NCBI GenBank assembly: GCA_963693365.1
Contig: CAVNZM010000016.1
Span: forward strand, 927,505-991,504
DNA length: 64,000 nt
Direction: 5' to 3'
DNA from: Amoebidium appalachense
Taxonomy: Eukaryota; Protista; Ichthyosporea
This document shows, in pieces, positions 10,092 through 21,531 of this stretch (position 1 is the stretch's first letter; each line of letters opens with the position of its first letter). The notes beneath the pieces are model-generated. The model did not search any database. It was not told where the DNA came from and saw only the letters and a program-made list of their open reading frames with translations. Made by a program: the position numbers and the translations under genes.

Positions 10092-12140
10092 TCACTTGAA
10101 ATTCATGATTTTTGCGAAATCGAGCAAATGAGCACGTGTGTGTCTTCCAGGCGTCCCTCGTGAAACTCTTCCTCCTGCGGGTACGAAGGCTGAACCGCCA
10201 AACACCTGTGTCAGTACCGTGCCGAGCTTCTTGACCCCGACAACCTTTCGGCCATCCATCATGTTTGCATCGGCCCACTCTTTCATGCACTCCACCAAGC
10301 CACTGGTTGTGGCCCAGGTGCCATCCTCGAGACCGAAACTATCTGTCCCCTCGGCGCCAGTTGCGACGTCCCTCAGAAATTGTATCTCAATTGGCAGACT
10401 CTTCTCCATGAGCTTCTGTTTGAGTTTTGTTTGTGGCGGTGGTGGCATTGTTTTAGGGGTATCAGGAAGGTCCAGGAAGAAATGGAACAGAGCCTCCAGC
10501 ACCTCCGGTTGCCGGTGAAATCTGACGAACTCGTCAAAGTACCGGAGCTGACCCACCCGGGCGCCGTTTGCCTCGAGACATATGAATCTCCGATCGGATA
10601 GCTCCACACGAACAGGCCAGTCTTCATTTGACAGAAAGACGTAGCGCTCGAAGTTTTTGGTGTAGATGCCATCCACGCCTTTCTTCTCCAAAAGGCTGTC
10701 TTCTTGTGTGATCAGACTTTTGATGAGGTTGTTTGCCTCGTGGCACCCACCAAAGACACACTCGTCGATGACAGCTAGTAGTTTGTGGTTGAGGTGCGAG
10801 TTGAACTTGCTGGATATGTGTTCCTTGTTCTTCACGTAAGCGTAGTATTCCGAGCCCACCAGCGCCTTGAGCACGTCGAAGAACACCTTTTTCCCGGTTC
10901 CCTGGACTGACTTGACGAGTACCGCTGTCCCAGACTTGGTGTCAGGGTGCTGGAAGATCTGGGCAACCCACTTGAGAAGGTATTCAAATGCCTCGGCATT
11001 TCCATCGGCAAGCACCTCGAATGCGTGGCGTATGAACATCTCGATGCCACCATATTCCCGTACACGGTACTTCTCGAGGAGCTCATCTGGCATGACCACA
11101 ACTTTCTGGCCAGAATGGTAGGGGATCATCGGGCATTCTGGGCCCATGTAACGGAATCCCTCGGTGTACTTGATGGGGAAGCCGCGAAAGAAGTTATACG
11201 TGAACAGGGCGCCTTGGCGGTACTTGGGATTTGTCTCTCCTGTCTTGGGATTGGGCGACGCGGGGTCGAAAACTCCTTGCCCATAACGAGGAACGTGGCG
11301 TCCCATAAGGAAATCGATGCCGGTGTATGTCCGCTTGATCTCGCCACCCTCACCCTCCATCCACTCAACCACGAAACCCTGCATGGTGCATTTCATGTCT
11401 TTCTCGGTCAACGTCTTGAGTGTGTACACGCCCTTGTCATGGCACCACACCTTCAAGAGGTAGAGGGATGTGCCGTTGATTTTTCCCACCCACTTCTGCA
11501 GGTACTCGACGAGCTCAGCTTCCTTCCAGGTTGTTGGTAGCAGGTCCGGCATGAACTCGTATCCACCCGAAGGGTCGGTCGACTCTTGCTCAAGAACGCG
11601 GATCACCTCCTCGATGAGAGTCTGCCGCTTCCGGTCCTTGTTTGCAACCACGGCGGGGGCGGCTGCTGTACTAGGTGCTGTGCCGAATATGGTCGCATGG
11701 GACTCCTGGTTCCAACGCGTCGCCGACGTCCAGTCGAGAATCGGGTTCATTACTACCCTGTTGGCCAAAGGAAATTTCTCCTTGGCCCATGACTTGAGCG
11801 CAGCTCTGTTAGGCCCGGGAGCTCGGTGGCGGGTGTTGCACTCGTAGTGTGCGGTCTTGTGGCGCTTGGACTGACGGGTGGTTATTTCGGCATAAACCAG
11901 CCCAAACTGTCGCTTGAGGGAGTCGAGGAGGTCATTGTGCTCGAAGGGCTCGTTGTCCACCGTAACTTCGCGGGACCCCTGTGGTGCAAAGACTGCGAGG
12001 TACCAGTCAGGACAGGCACTGCGGCGCGAGAGCCCTTGGTTTGCCTGCACGGGTTGGTCTGCACCCTCACAGCAAACCTCGTATTCGGTCTTGTCCGTGT
12101 CCCTGCCTTTGGCCTGGTTCGTGGATCCGGTGGAGGCCAT
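10092..12140 (-). CDS. SF3 helicase (D5/NrS-1-like)
   Basis: EYLLKWVAQIFQHP, Walker A QGTGK, Walker B LAVIDE, IKSLIT..EKKG.D, motif C FLSN, arginine finger SDRRF. Confidence 0.9.
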   Translation of the reverse strand: MASTGSTNQAKGRDTDKTEYEVCCEGADQPVQANQGLSRRSACPDWYLAVFAPQGSREVTVDNEPFEHNDLLDSLKRQFGLVYAEITTRQSKRHKTAHYECNTRHRAPGPNRAALKSWAKEKFPLANRVVMNPILDWTSATRWNQESHATIFGTAPSTAAAPAVVANKDRKRQTLIEEVIRVLEQESTDPSGGYEFMPDLLPTTWKEAELVEYLQKWVGKINGTSLYLLKVWCHDKGVYTLKTLTEKDMKCTMQGFVVEWMEGEGGEIKRTYTGIDFLMGRHVPRYGQGVFDPASPNPKTGETNPKYRQGALFTYNFFRGFPIKYTEGFRYMGPECPMIPYHSGQKVVVMPDELLEKYRVREYGGIEMFIRHAFEVLADGNAEAFEYLLKWVAQIFQHPDTKSGTAVLVKSVQGTGKKVFFDVLKALVGSEYYAYVKNKEHISSKFNSHLNHKLLAVIDECVFGGCHEANNLIKSLITQEDSLLEKKGVDGIYTKNFERYVFLSNEDWPVRVELSDRRFICLEANGARVGQLRYFDEFVRFHRQPEVLEALFHFFLDLPDTPKTMPPPPQTKLKQKLMEKSLPIEIQFLRDVATGAEGTDSFGLEDGTWATTSGLVECMKEWADANMMDGRKVVGVKKLGTVLTQVFGGSAFVPAGGRVSRGTPGRHTRAHLLDFAKIMNFK

Positions 12141-12212
12141 TATTAAGGGTATAGAAAATATTTTTTTTTGCTGCCTAGTTTATGAAATCCAGATTTTGTG
12201 TGCCTTAAAGAG

Positions 12213-12830
12213 ATGTGTTCAGCTGGGTGCAGCAAACAGGATCCTGGCTTAAAATATAAAAAGGTGTATCGTTGCCCAGTGGAGGGGTGTGGATACAGCA
12301 CCAATCGTAACGGCAATATGGCTGGGCACATGGACATGCACGTGGGAGTCAAAAGACATGTGTGTCCCCAAACGGGATGCAACAAACGGTACAGGAGTAC
12401 ACAGGGTCTGGAGAGACACGTACAGTCTCACACTGGCGCCTACCTGTGTCCATGCAGCGTGCAGGGTTGTTCTTACAACGCTACATGTAACGTCCATCTA
12501 CGTCGCCATTTGATGAAGCACGATGCGACACGCCCATACGTGTGTCCGGTTCCCGAATGCACTCACCGAGCACGGTGCAAGTCCAACCTAGCAGTCCATT
12601 TGAAACACCACATAGGTGCATACAAATACAGGTGTTCACATGCAGGGTGCGGGTACGGTACCAACAGAAGCAACTTTCTGAAACACCACGAACGTTCACA
12701 CGCACACGAGCCAGAGCGTGCACACGTGAATAAAGAGTGTGTTGCAGAGAAGTTGATTACATCCCCCCCGGGGGCACGCGAGGCAGGCGAGGCATGTGAG
12801 GCACGCGGGCACGCGAGGCACAGCCTATAA
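12213..12830 (+). CDS. C2H2 zinc-finger protein (5 fingers)
   Basis: Five Cx4C-x12-Hx3H units; divergent from the helicase. Confidence 0.85.
   Translation: MCSAGCSKQDPGLKYKKVYRCPVEGCGYSTNRNGNMAGHMDMHVGVKRHVCPQTGCNKRYRSTQGLERHVQSHTGAYLCPCSVQGCSYNATCNVHLRRHLMKHDATRPYVCPVPECTHRARCKSNLAVHLKHHIGAYKYRCSHAGCGYGTNRSNFLKHHERSHAHEPERAHVNKECVAEKLITSPPGAREAGEACEARGHARHSL
12771..12826 (-). repeat. Inverted partial copy of the GTGCCTCGC array
   Basis: Reverse complement contains TGCCTCGCCTGCCTCGCGTGCC, which is also present at about 7594-7615. Confidence 0.7.
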
Positions 12831-13002
12831 CCACTGGTCTCTTTCATGGGTGGAATCAGTCACTGAATCTTTTTGGAAACACTTTGAACCGCCATGAAAC
12901 GTTTCGAAAACACTTCAAGGTGTTTCGAAAACACTTCAAAGTGTTCGGAGCGAGTCATGTAGGTCACAATAGTTGTTTTTTTTTATTTGTACACTGTATA
13001 GG

Positions 13003-13905
13003 ATGTCCGCGGTAGGCTACGACGAGGCGTTCGTGCGCGAGAGGCTGGCCAAGGCCGAGGACGGGGTGTGCGGGGTGCCCACGCGGGCCGGGCGGATCGA
13101 CGTGCTGACGAGCACACACGTCATCGAGGTGCGGCGTGTGGGCGACTGGATAGAGGCGATCGGAAACGTGCTCGCATACAGCCACTACTACCCCGACCGC
13201 CAACCGCGGATCCACCTGTTCGACTATGCGCCGGCAGACGTGTACAGGATTGCCGTGCAAACCATCACGTCGCTGAACATCACGCTTACAACCGAAGAGG
13301 ACACGTTGCAGCTGATTTGGGGGGACGACGCGAGCAAAGACGTAAAAGACGAAAAATATATAAAGAAGCTATGGGCAAAAAGTCAAAGCAGCGCAGAGTT
13401 GGCCAATGAACGGTCAAAGCTAGCGCGAAGTAGTGAATATTCAACGAAGCTAGCGCAGAGTTCACGTTGGCCAATAAACGGTCAAAGCAGCGCAGAGTTG
13501 GCCAATAAACGGTCAAAGCTAGCGCGAAGTAGTGAATATTCAACGAAGCTAGCGCAGAGTTCACGTTGGCCAATAAACGGTCAAAGCAGCGCAGAGTTGG
13601 CCAATAAACGGTCAACCAAACACGAACCCTCGGTCAATATCCGGTCAACCCGAACTCGTGTTTGGCGAAAATCTAGTGAACCCAAAACGAACATCGCGCG
13701 AACCCCTGCCAATATCCGGTCAACCCGAACTCGTGTTTGGCGAAAATCTAGTGAACCCAAAACGAACATCGCGCGAACCCCTGCCAATATCCGGTCAACC
13801 CGAACTCGTGTTTGGCGAAAATCTAGTGAACCCAAAACGAACATCGCGCGAACCCCTGCCAATATCCGGTCAACCAAACACGAACCCTCAGTCAATATCG
13901 TTTGA
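13003..13905 (+). pseudogene. PD-(D/E)XK nuclease paralogue whose 3' end is replaced by tandem repeats
   Basis: TRAGRIDVLTSTHVIEVR...WIEAIGNVLAYSHYYP...RIHLF. After about 13334 the ORF reads through 81-bp and 63-bp repeats. Confidence 0.65.
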
Positions 13906-14292
13906 TCCACGGAGCATCCATTTCAATATTGGTCGAATCACGGAGACCACCTTTGAATAATGCTTGAATCGTATTCACCCGCTATTCAATCTGATTGGTC
14001 GAAACATTAAATCTGATTGTACGAAACCGGTTCAATCTGATTGGTCGAAACATTAAATCTGATTGCACGAAACCGGTTCAATCTGATTGGTCGAAACATT
14101 AAATCTGATTGCACGAAACCGGTTCAATCTGATTGGTCGAAACCGTTTATTGACAGGAGTCCCAATTGTTGGGGATGACCGGCTGGCTACCACCCCAGCA
14201 CGTGCTTCTCCAGGAAGCGCACGGGGTACACCTTGACCGGGTGCAGGCAAAGACGTAAAAGATGAAAAATAAATAGAGAAGCCACGGGCAAG
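13334..14292. repeat. Block of 81-, 63- and 46-bp tandem repeats bounded by ~46-bp imperfect direct repeats
   Basis: GCAAAGACGTAAAAGAYGAAAAATA occurs at 13334 and 14247. The 81- and 46-bp units contain CCAAT/ATTGG. Confidence 0.8.
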
Positions 14293-14330
14293 AGGGTGGG
14301 AAGCCCCCCTCCCCAAAAAACAAAACAAAG

Positions 14331-14787
14331 AGCGCACGGTCATAGCGCTCATGACACATCTCTCCAAGAACACCTGTGCAAGCGCACGGTGATTGCGCTC
14401 ATGACCCTACACTCAAACAACACAGGTGCAAGCACACGCATTGCCCCTCCCCCCCCCCCCCCCCTCCCCCCCCACCCCCCCCCCCCACACACACACACAA
14501 AGTGCCCGGTGATAGCGCTCATGACACATCTCTCCAAGAACACCTGTGCAAGCGCACGGTGATTGCGCTCATGACCCTACACTCAAACAACACAGGTGCA
14601 AGCACACGCATTGCCCCTCCCCCCCCCCCCCCTCCCCCCCCCCCCACCCCCCCCCCACACACACACACAAAGCGCCCGGTGATAGCGCTCATGACACATC
14701 TCTCCAAGAACACATGTGCAAGCGCACGGTGATTGCGCTCATGACCCTACACTCAAACAACACAGGTGCAAGCACACACATTGCCCC

Positions 14788-14851
<64 letters not shown>

Positions 14852-14964
14852 AAAGCGCCCGGTGATAGCGCTCATGACACATCTCTCCAAGAACACATGT
14901 GCAAGCGCACGGTGATTGCGCTCATTAACCTACTCTCAAACAACACAGGTGCAAGCACACGCAT

Positions 14965-15028
<64 letters not shown>

Positions 15029-15147
15029 AAAGCGCCCGGTGATAGCGCTCATGCAACATCTCTCCAAGAACACATGTGCAAGCGCACGGTGATTGCGCTC
15101 ATTAACCTACTCTCAAACAACACAGGTGCAAGCACACGCATTGCCCC

Positions 15148-15203
<56 letters not shown>

Positions 15204-15322
15204 AAAGCGCCCGGTGATAGCGCTCATGACACATCTCTCCAAGAACACATGTGCAAGCGCACGGTGATTGCGCTCATTAACCTACTCTCAAACAACACAG
15301 GTGCAAGCACACGCATTGCCCC

Positions 15323-15365
<43 letters not shown>

Positions 15366-16160
15366 ACACACACACACAAAGCGCCCGGTGATAGCGCTCA
15401 TGACACATCTCTCCAAGAACACATGTGCAAGCGCACGGTGATTGCGCTCATTAACCTACCCTCAAACAACACAGGTGCAAGCACACGGTGATAGCGCTCA
15501 TGACCCTACTCTCAACCAACACATGCGCAAGCGCACGTGATAGCGCTCATGACCCTACTCTCAAACAACACAGGTGCAAGCACACGGTGATAGCGCTCAT
15601 GACCCTACTCTCAACCAACACATGTGCAAGCGCACGTGATAGCGCTCATGACCCTACTCTCAAACAACACATGTGCAAGCGCACTGTGATAGCGCTCATG
15701 ACCCTACTCTCAAACAATACATGTGCAAGCGCACTGTGATAGCGCTCATGACCCTACTCTCAAACAACACAGGTGCAAGCACACGGTGATAGCGCTCATG
15801 ACCCTACTCTCAACCAACACATGTGGAAGCGCACGTGATAGCGCTCATGACCCTACTCTCAAACAACACATGTGCAAGCGCACTGTGATAGCGCTCAAAC
15901 AATACATGTGCAAGCGCACTGTGATAGCGCTCATGACCCTACTCTCAAACAATACATGTGCAAGCGCACCGTGATAGCGCTCATGACCTTACTCTCAAAC
16001 AACACATGTGCAAGCCCACGGTGATAGCGCTCATGACCCTACTCTCAAACAACACATGTGCAAGCCCACGGTGATAGCGCTCATGACCCTACTCTCAAAC
16101 AACACATGTGCAAGCCCACGGTGATAGCGCTCATGACCCTACTCTCAAACAACACATGTG
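14331..16160 (+). repeat. 50-bp-based minisatellite, left arm (higher-order ~170-bp units with poly-C)
   Basis: Unit GGTGATAGCGCTCATGACCCTACTCTCAAACAACACAGGTGCAAGCGCAC. Confidence 0.9.
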
Positions 16161-16752
16161 CACACACAAAGGCATTCGGGAACACACATGCACACTTTGC
16201 ATCCGCCTCTCCCCACACACAAAGGCATTCGGGAACACACATGCACACTTTGCATCCCCCCTCCCCCCCCCCCACAATCCCCCTCCCCCCACACACACAC
16301 AAAGGCATTCGGGAACACACATGCACACTTTGCATCCCCCCCCTCCCCCCCCCCCCCCCCCCAATCCCCCTCCCCCCACACACACACAAAGGCATTCGGG
16401 AACACACATGCACACTTTGCATCCCCCCCCCCCCCCCCCCCCCAATCCCCCTCCCCCCACACACACACAAAGGCATTCGGGAACACACATGCACACTTTG
16501 CATCCCCCCCCCCCCCCCCCCCCCCCCCCCAATCCCCCCTCCCCCCACACACACACAAAGGCATTCGGGAACACACATGCACACTTTGCATCCGCCTCTC
16601 CCCACACACAAAGGCATTCGGGAACACACATGCACACTTTGCATCCCCCCTCCCCCCCCCCCCCCCCCCACAATCCCCCTCCCCCCCACACACACAAAGG
16701 CATTCGGGAACACACATGCACACTTTGCATCCCCCCCACCCCCCCCCCCCCC
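16161..16752 (+). repeat. Minisatellite with poly-C (CACACAAAGGCATTCGGGAACACACATGCACACTTTGCATCC)
   Basis: About 8 tandem copies. Confidence 0.9.
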
Positions 16753-16800
16753 TTCGTGAGAATGCACTGAGTTTCACTTATTAATAAAATAAGTTGAATT

Positions 16801-18627
16801 TTATTGATCGTAAAAAGGCACGAAGTCGCCTACCCTGCTAGTAATATGGTGATACCGATCACAGTCAGGCCAATGTTCATCCCATGTGTTGGTTGCTGCT
16901 TCATAATACAACCAGTGGTCGTATGGTTCACCAACTACTTGCACATGGTGATTCCTGATGGCATCCTCGAGGGCTGTCTGACACGGCAGTTGCGGGTACC
17001 AATCCGCACCATCCAAAACCTCGGCGATAGGAACAGCACTCCACAGGGCATCCGCGCTGGGAGACGTGTCAGGCTGGCCCGTGGTCTTGTTAATACCGAT
17101 ATAGCTGCTGCGCTGTTGTTCCAAATGGTCGGAGGGGGTTTCTACCCAATAATACTCGATTTCTGCCTGCCACGGGCAGACGCCGTCGGCATCGTTGAGC
17201 ATGATTTGGTCATATCCACTCGGGGGGTAGATGACGGCCGCTTGCCGGGTTTCGGTGTCGTAAGCATACAACCCGTCAACAACGAATGGCAAATCTCTAC
17301 CTTGCCCCTCCTCTTGGGCTTTTCGGAACTCTTCGCGCTCAACATCTTTCCTGATTGTGTCAATGAAGTCTCCCCAATCGAAGGGAAGCACCATGACGTG
17401 TCGTTTGTTCATGACGTCCACAAGCATCTGCCACGACACGCCCACTTGCAGACGCCGCATGAATGTGGAAATTTCGACGGTTTCGATGTCGGTATCGATC
17501 TGGCCCAGGGGAACAAACTCGCCTTCTTCCTGCCCTTCCTGAATCTCGTAAGCAAAATATCCCGTGTACCGCCCGAATATGTTTTTGCGCTCGGCAGGCC
17601 CACCCTCGCTGTAATCCGCCTGGACCCTGTCAATTAAATTCGAAAGCTTTTTGTCCCATCCCAGCTTGTGTCTAATGATGTTTGTGTAGTCGTACAGGTG
17701 GGCTTGGGTACGGGGTGCAGTTGTAACTGGCGGGTTTGAGGCAGCTTGTGCCAAAATATTGGCCTTTTGGGTGGCCATATCTAGTATTATAGTCGCATGG
17801 ACATCGTCGTAGCCGTCGTCGTCGTGGTCCCTCCGGTGGGCATAATGGTCCATCAATCGCAGCAGCAAACACGTGTTAAACGACTCTAACGTATACGCAG
17901 AGCTGTCTAACTTGACAACTCCTGCAGACCCTCGCAACCACGCAGTGCACGGCGGGTAATGCCGCAGTTTGCCGTCCCCCGTGTACCCCTCACTGGGGTG
18001 TGTCTCTACGATCCTTCTAATAGCATCCTCAGGTAGTAAACCCCACCAGTTCCAGAACCTACTATCCTGAAAATCACTGTTATTCGCTATCGCGTATTGG
18101 ACATCCGCCAACGTGGAGGTTGCAAAAAACATATCGGCAAAGCTCTCGCTCGTTTTTTGGTCCAGTTCGGACATTTTTGCCGCAATCTCTGCTGCTGTGG
18201 CCTGCATCACCGTCCTAGTTGGAAGGCAACAGCGCCCTTCAGGGTTGTACACGGCCAGCTTGTCATAGCTTCGGAGGTACACCGCGGTGCATGCACGGAA
18301 ACCTGCTTTCAACTCTTCCTGCAGTTGCAATAGACTCAACGAGGTGTCTACCTCAAACACAACAAAAGGGTGCAACGTTTCCACGAGAGTGACATTTTCG
18401 GGGGTTGAAACCGTGGCAAGGCCGTTGGTGTTTGCAAGAGAAAACACTGCAACATCTTCCCCTACAGGGCCTAACAACAGCGGTGTCCTCGATGGAATGA
18501 TCCGAACACGCACTGGCATTGAGGGTGCAAGTCCCATTGCTGACAGCGAAATATTATAATTCTGCCTATACCCTACATGCCAAATCCTGTTGTGTTTTCG
18601 TGCAGCTGAGTTCGGTGTATTTGACAA
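16801..18627 (-). CDS. Intron-less orphan protein (about 580-608 aa)
   Basis: 1.8-kb open, non-repetitive frame with an acidic/aromatic C-terminal half; no recognised motif. Confidence 0.7.
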   Translation of the reverse strand: MSNTPNSAARKHNRIWHVGYRQNYNISLSAMGLAPSMPVRVRIIPSRTPLLLGPVGEDVAVFSLANTNGLATVSTPENVTLVETLHPFVVFEVDTSLSLLQLQEELKAGFRACTAVYLRSYDKLAVYNPEGRCCLPTRTVMQATAAEIAAKMSELDQKTSESFADMFFATSTLADVQYAIANNSDFQDSRFWNWWGLLPEDAIRRIVETHPSEGYTGDGKLRHYPPCTAWLRGSAGVVKLDSSAYTLESFNTCLLLRLMDHYAHRRDHDDDGYDDVHATIILDMATQKANILAQAASNPPVTTAPRTQAHLYDYTNIIRHKLGWDKKLSNLIDRVQADYSEGGPAERKNIFGRYTGYFAYEIQEGQEEGEFVPLGQIDTDIETVEISTFMRRLQVGVSWQMLVDVMNKRHVMVLPFDWGDFIDTIRKDVEREEFRKAQEEGQGRDLPFVVDGLYAYDTETRQAAVIYPPSGYDQIMLNDADGVCPWQAEIEYYWVETPSDHLEQQRSSYIGINKTTGQPDTSPSADALWSAVPIAEVLDGADWYPQLPCQTALEDAIRNHHVQVVGEPYDHWLYYEAATNTWDEHWPDCDRYHHITSRVGDFVPFYDQ

Positions 18628-19018
18628 GATTTGGATATAACATCAGTCATCGCGCTGATTGGCTAAACGCGGATTACACATCTTTTAACGGATGATCCCG
18701 ATTTATCAAGATAAATCTAGAGAACAATCCCGTTACCATGGGCTAGCCGCGCTGATTGGCCAAACGTGGATGCCATCCAATTGGTTGCATAACCCGTGCG
18801 CAAGCCCGAAAATTCGGATTTGTTTCTTGGTATATTTTCAAGCCCCGGAGTATTTTTGCCTGGGGTGTATGGTATTTTTCATCCCCAGTCAAAGGGGATA
18901 AAGGGGGGGTTCCTATTTTAGCTTAACACGAAATTTGCGGAGGCTTACCATAAACTGAAAATATGATGATATTTTGGGGTATTTTTTACCGTAAAAACGG
19001 GGTTATGGTCGGGCCTGC

Positions 19019-19361
19019 CCGTGCGCTTGCACCTGTGTTGTTGGAGAGTAGGGTCATGAGCGCTATCACCGTGCGCTTGCACCTGTGTTGTTGGAGAGTA
19101 GGGTCATGAGCGCTATCACCGTGCGCTTGCACCTGTGTTGTTGGAGAGTAGGGTCATGAGCGCTATCACCGTGCGCTTGCACCTGTGTTGTTGGAGAGTA
19201 GGGTCATGAGCGCTATCACCGTGCGCTTGCACCTGTGTTGTTGGAGAGTAGGGTCATGAGCGCTATCACCGTGCGCTTGCACCTGTGTTGTTGGAGAGTA
19301 CGGTCATGAGCGCTATTACCGTGCGCTTGCACCTGTGTTGTTGGAGAGTACGGTCATGAGC
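19019..19361 (-). repeat. 50-bp minisatellite, right arm (inverted relative to 14331-16160)
   Basis: About 7 copies of GTGCGCTTGCACCTGTGTTGTTGGAGAGTAGGGTCATGAGCGCTATCACC, the reverse complement of the left unit apart from one base. Confidence 0.9.
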
Positions 19362-19460
19362 CCCCCCCCCCCCCCCCCCCCCCCCCCCGCCAAAAAAAAA
19401 AACCCTCCTCCCATCTACCCGCACAACCCCAACCCCACATTATATCGTGCACCGGGTAAC

Positions 19461-19853
19461 ATGGACGCTGGCGCACCCCTTCCCCCACCCAGCCCATTCG
19501 CACCCCCTCCCCCGATCCGCACAAGCCCGCGCAGCACCCCCGGGCCCTCCCCCATCCTATTGGCCATCCTGGCCGGCCTGATCCTCTACGTGCTCTGGGA
19601 CACGTTCAGCCCACGTGTGCGGCGGCGCCTGGCAGTGCTCAAGTGCCAGCGCGCGTGCCCAATGTGTGCCAGCTGCGGCAGCTGCGTTCCCCGCCGCAAG
19701 TGTGCGCACTGCCCCCGCTGCCACGTGTGCGGTGCCAGCCCCGCCGGGTGCGCACAGTGCCCCGCATGCACGCGCTGCCCGCCCGAGCAGAAGTGCCCGG
19801 CGTGCCCCACGTGTGCGCATGCGCCTGCGGTGGTGATCAAGGAGCGCACTTGA
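19461..19853 (+). CDS. Viral-type membrane protein with CxxC repeats
   Basis: TM segment ILLAILAGLILYVLW followed by CPxC repeats; GC-rich like the viral blocks. Confidence 0.6.
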   Translation: MDAGAPLPPPSPFAPPPPIRTSPRSTPGPSPILLAILAGLILYVLWDTFSPRVRRRLAVLKCQRACPMCASCGSCVPRRKCAHCPRCHVCGASPAGCAQCPACTRCPPEQKCPACPTCAHAPAVVIKERT

Positions 19854-19889
19854 AGGGTTGGGGGGGCAGAGATTTTTGTGGCATAGAGT

Positions 19890-20150
19890 ATGGCGTACCG
19901 ATGGGAGTACAAGCTGAAGGAGGAGCCCGGCAAGGCACCCGTGGTGCAGGCAACTATTGTGCCGACCGAGGCCACCACCCGGCGGACGCAGATGGAGCAA
20001 CGAGCATACGCACAAGAGCTTGCGGAAAAGGGCTATATAGATCTGCCCGATGAGTTGGCGGAGAAGTGTGGATTCAAGAAGTGGGTGCCGAAGAATCAAC
20101 GACAGACAGCAATTGTACTGCAGAAGATGATGGAGCCTGAGGATGCATAG
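19890..20150 (+). CDS. Small hypothetical protein
   Basis: Compact ORF directly after the preceding gene. Confidence 0.5.
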   Translation: MAYRWEYKLKEEPGKAPVVQATIVPTEATTRRTQMEQRAYAQELAEKGYIDLPDELAEKCGFKKWVPKNQRQTAIVLQKMMEPEDA

Positions 20151-20347
20151 AGACCTACACAAGCCAAAGGATGAATGGACTCACACCACAAACATGGAAA
20201 ATGTAAATGACGAGAGAATCTCCACAAACATGGAAAATGTAAATGACGAGAGAATCTGTTGGGATGTTTAATTTTGATGAGCTGGAGTCTATCTCCCCCC
20301 CCCCCCTCCCCTTCACCGTTCAATGAAAACTTGGTAGCATGTGTATC

Positions 20348-20436
<89 letters not shown>

Positions 20437-20709
20437 CAATGTACGTGCCAGTGTGCTTGTACACAGATTGAAAAGGAGACTTGGGGTATATTAAATGGAG
20501 TCTCTCCCGCTACCACGGGCAAATACATTCAATAATCATTACGGAAACTTGGTACTGTTACCGGGCAAATACAATATACATGAAAATTTGGATAAGATTG
20601 AAGCAGATCACATTCGAATAAACATTACAGAAAACTTGGTATGAAAACTTTGTACCACGTCTTTCCTCCACCACACCCATCACAAACCCCTATAGATGTG
20701 GATGTGTGC

Positions 20710-21077
20710 CTACTGCCCACACCACCACAAATACGTTTCCCCCACCGCACCCACCACAAACCCTAAGTAAGATGTGAATGTGGGGCCTACCCGCCGCCAC
20801 CACTACAACTACGTTTCCCCCACCGCACCCACCACAAACCCTAAGTAAGATGTGAATGTGGGGCCTACCCGCCGCCACCACTACAACTACGTTTCCCCCA
20901 CCGCACCCACCACAAACCCTAAGTAAGATGTGAATGTGGGGCCTACCCGCCGCCACCACTACAACTACGTTTCCCCCACCGCACCCACCACAAACCCTAA
21001 GTAAGATGTGAATGTGGGGCCTACCCGCCGCCACCACTACAACTACGTTTCCCCCACCGCACCCACCACAAACCCTA
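20710..21077. repeat. 75-bp tandem repeat, about 5 copies
   Basis: Near-identical units immediately 3' of the JmjC stop codon. Confidence 0.9.
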
Positions 21078-21401
21078 GGCCACATTCATTTTGGCTTCCT
21101 CCTCGAACTCCTTGATGTCAGCCTTGTACTTCTCTCTCAGCTTTTTCCACTGTGCAGGGGACACCTGTGGGTTGATAGTTGGGTGTAAGTAGTAGTCCAG
21201 CCAGGTGATTTGTTTATGCAAGGCTCAGACATCACTGTATGCCATTACCTCAAACACACCCACGCACCCACCACTACACCACCATGGCACACACCCACAG
21301 AAAACGAACTCCTACGTGTGGACCAGGTCAAGAAAAACTCTGCAAGGACCCAAAAAACCGTTTTTACGAACCCCTACATGTAATTGTGAATGCTAGGGCA
21401 T

Positions 21402-21481
<80 letters not shown>

Positions 21482-21483
21482 GT

Positions 21484-21531
<48 letters not shown>

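Larger units (their letters stand above)
1..13335. mobile_element. Endogenous giant virus (NCLDV) segment, left block
   Basis: Dense intron-less ORFs including an A22-like resolvase, SF3 helicase, penton-like protein, Ulp1-like protease and DNA MTase. Ends where tandem repeats begin at about 13334. Confidence 0.85.

Noticed and set aside
14331-16752. CRISPR-like appearance of conserved units separated by variable segments (also 30412-31630)
   Set aside because: The variable parts are poly-C/CA length variants, not unique spacers. There are no cas genes and the context is eukaryotic.
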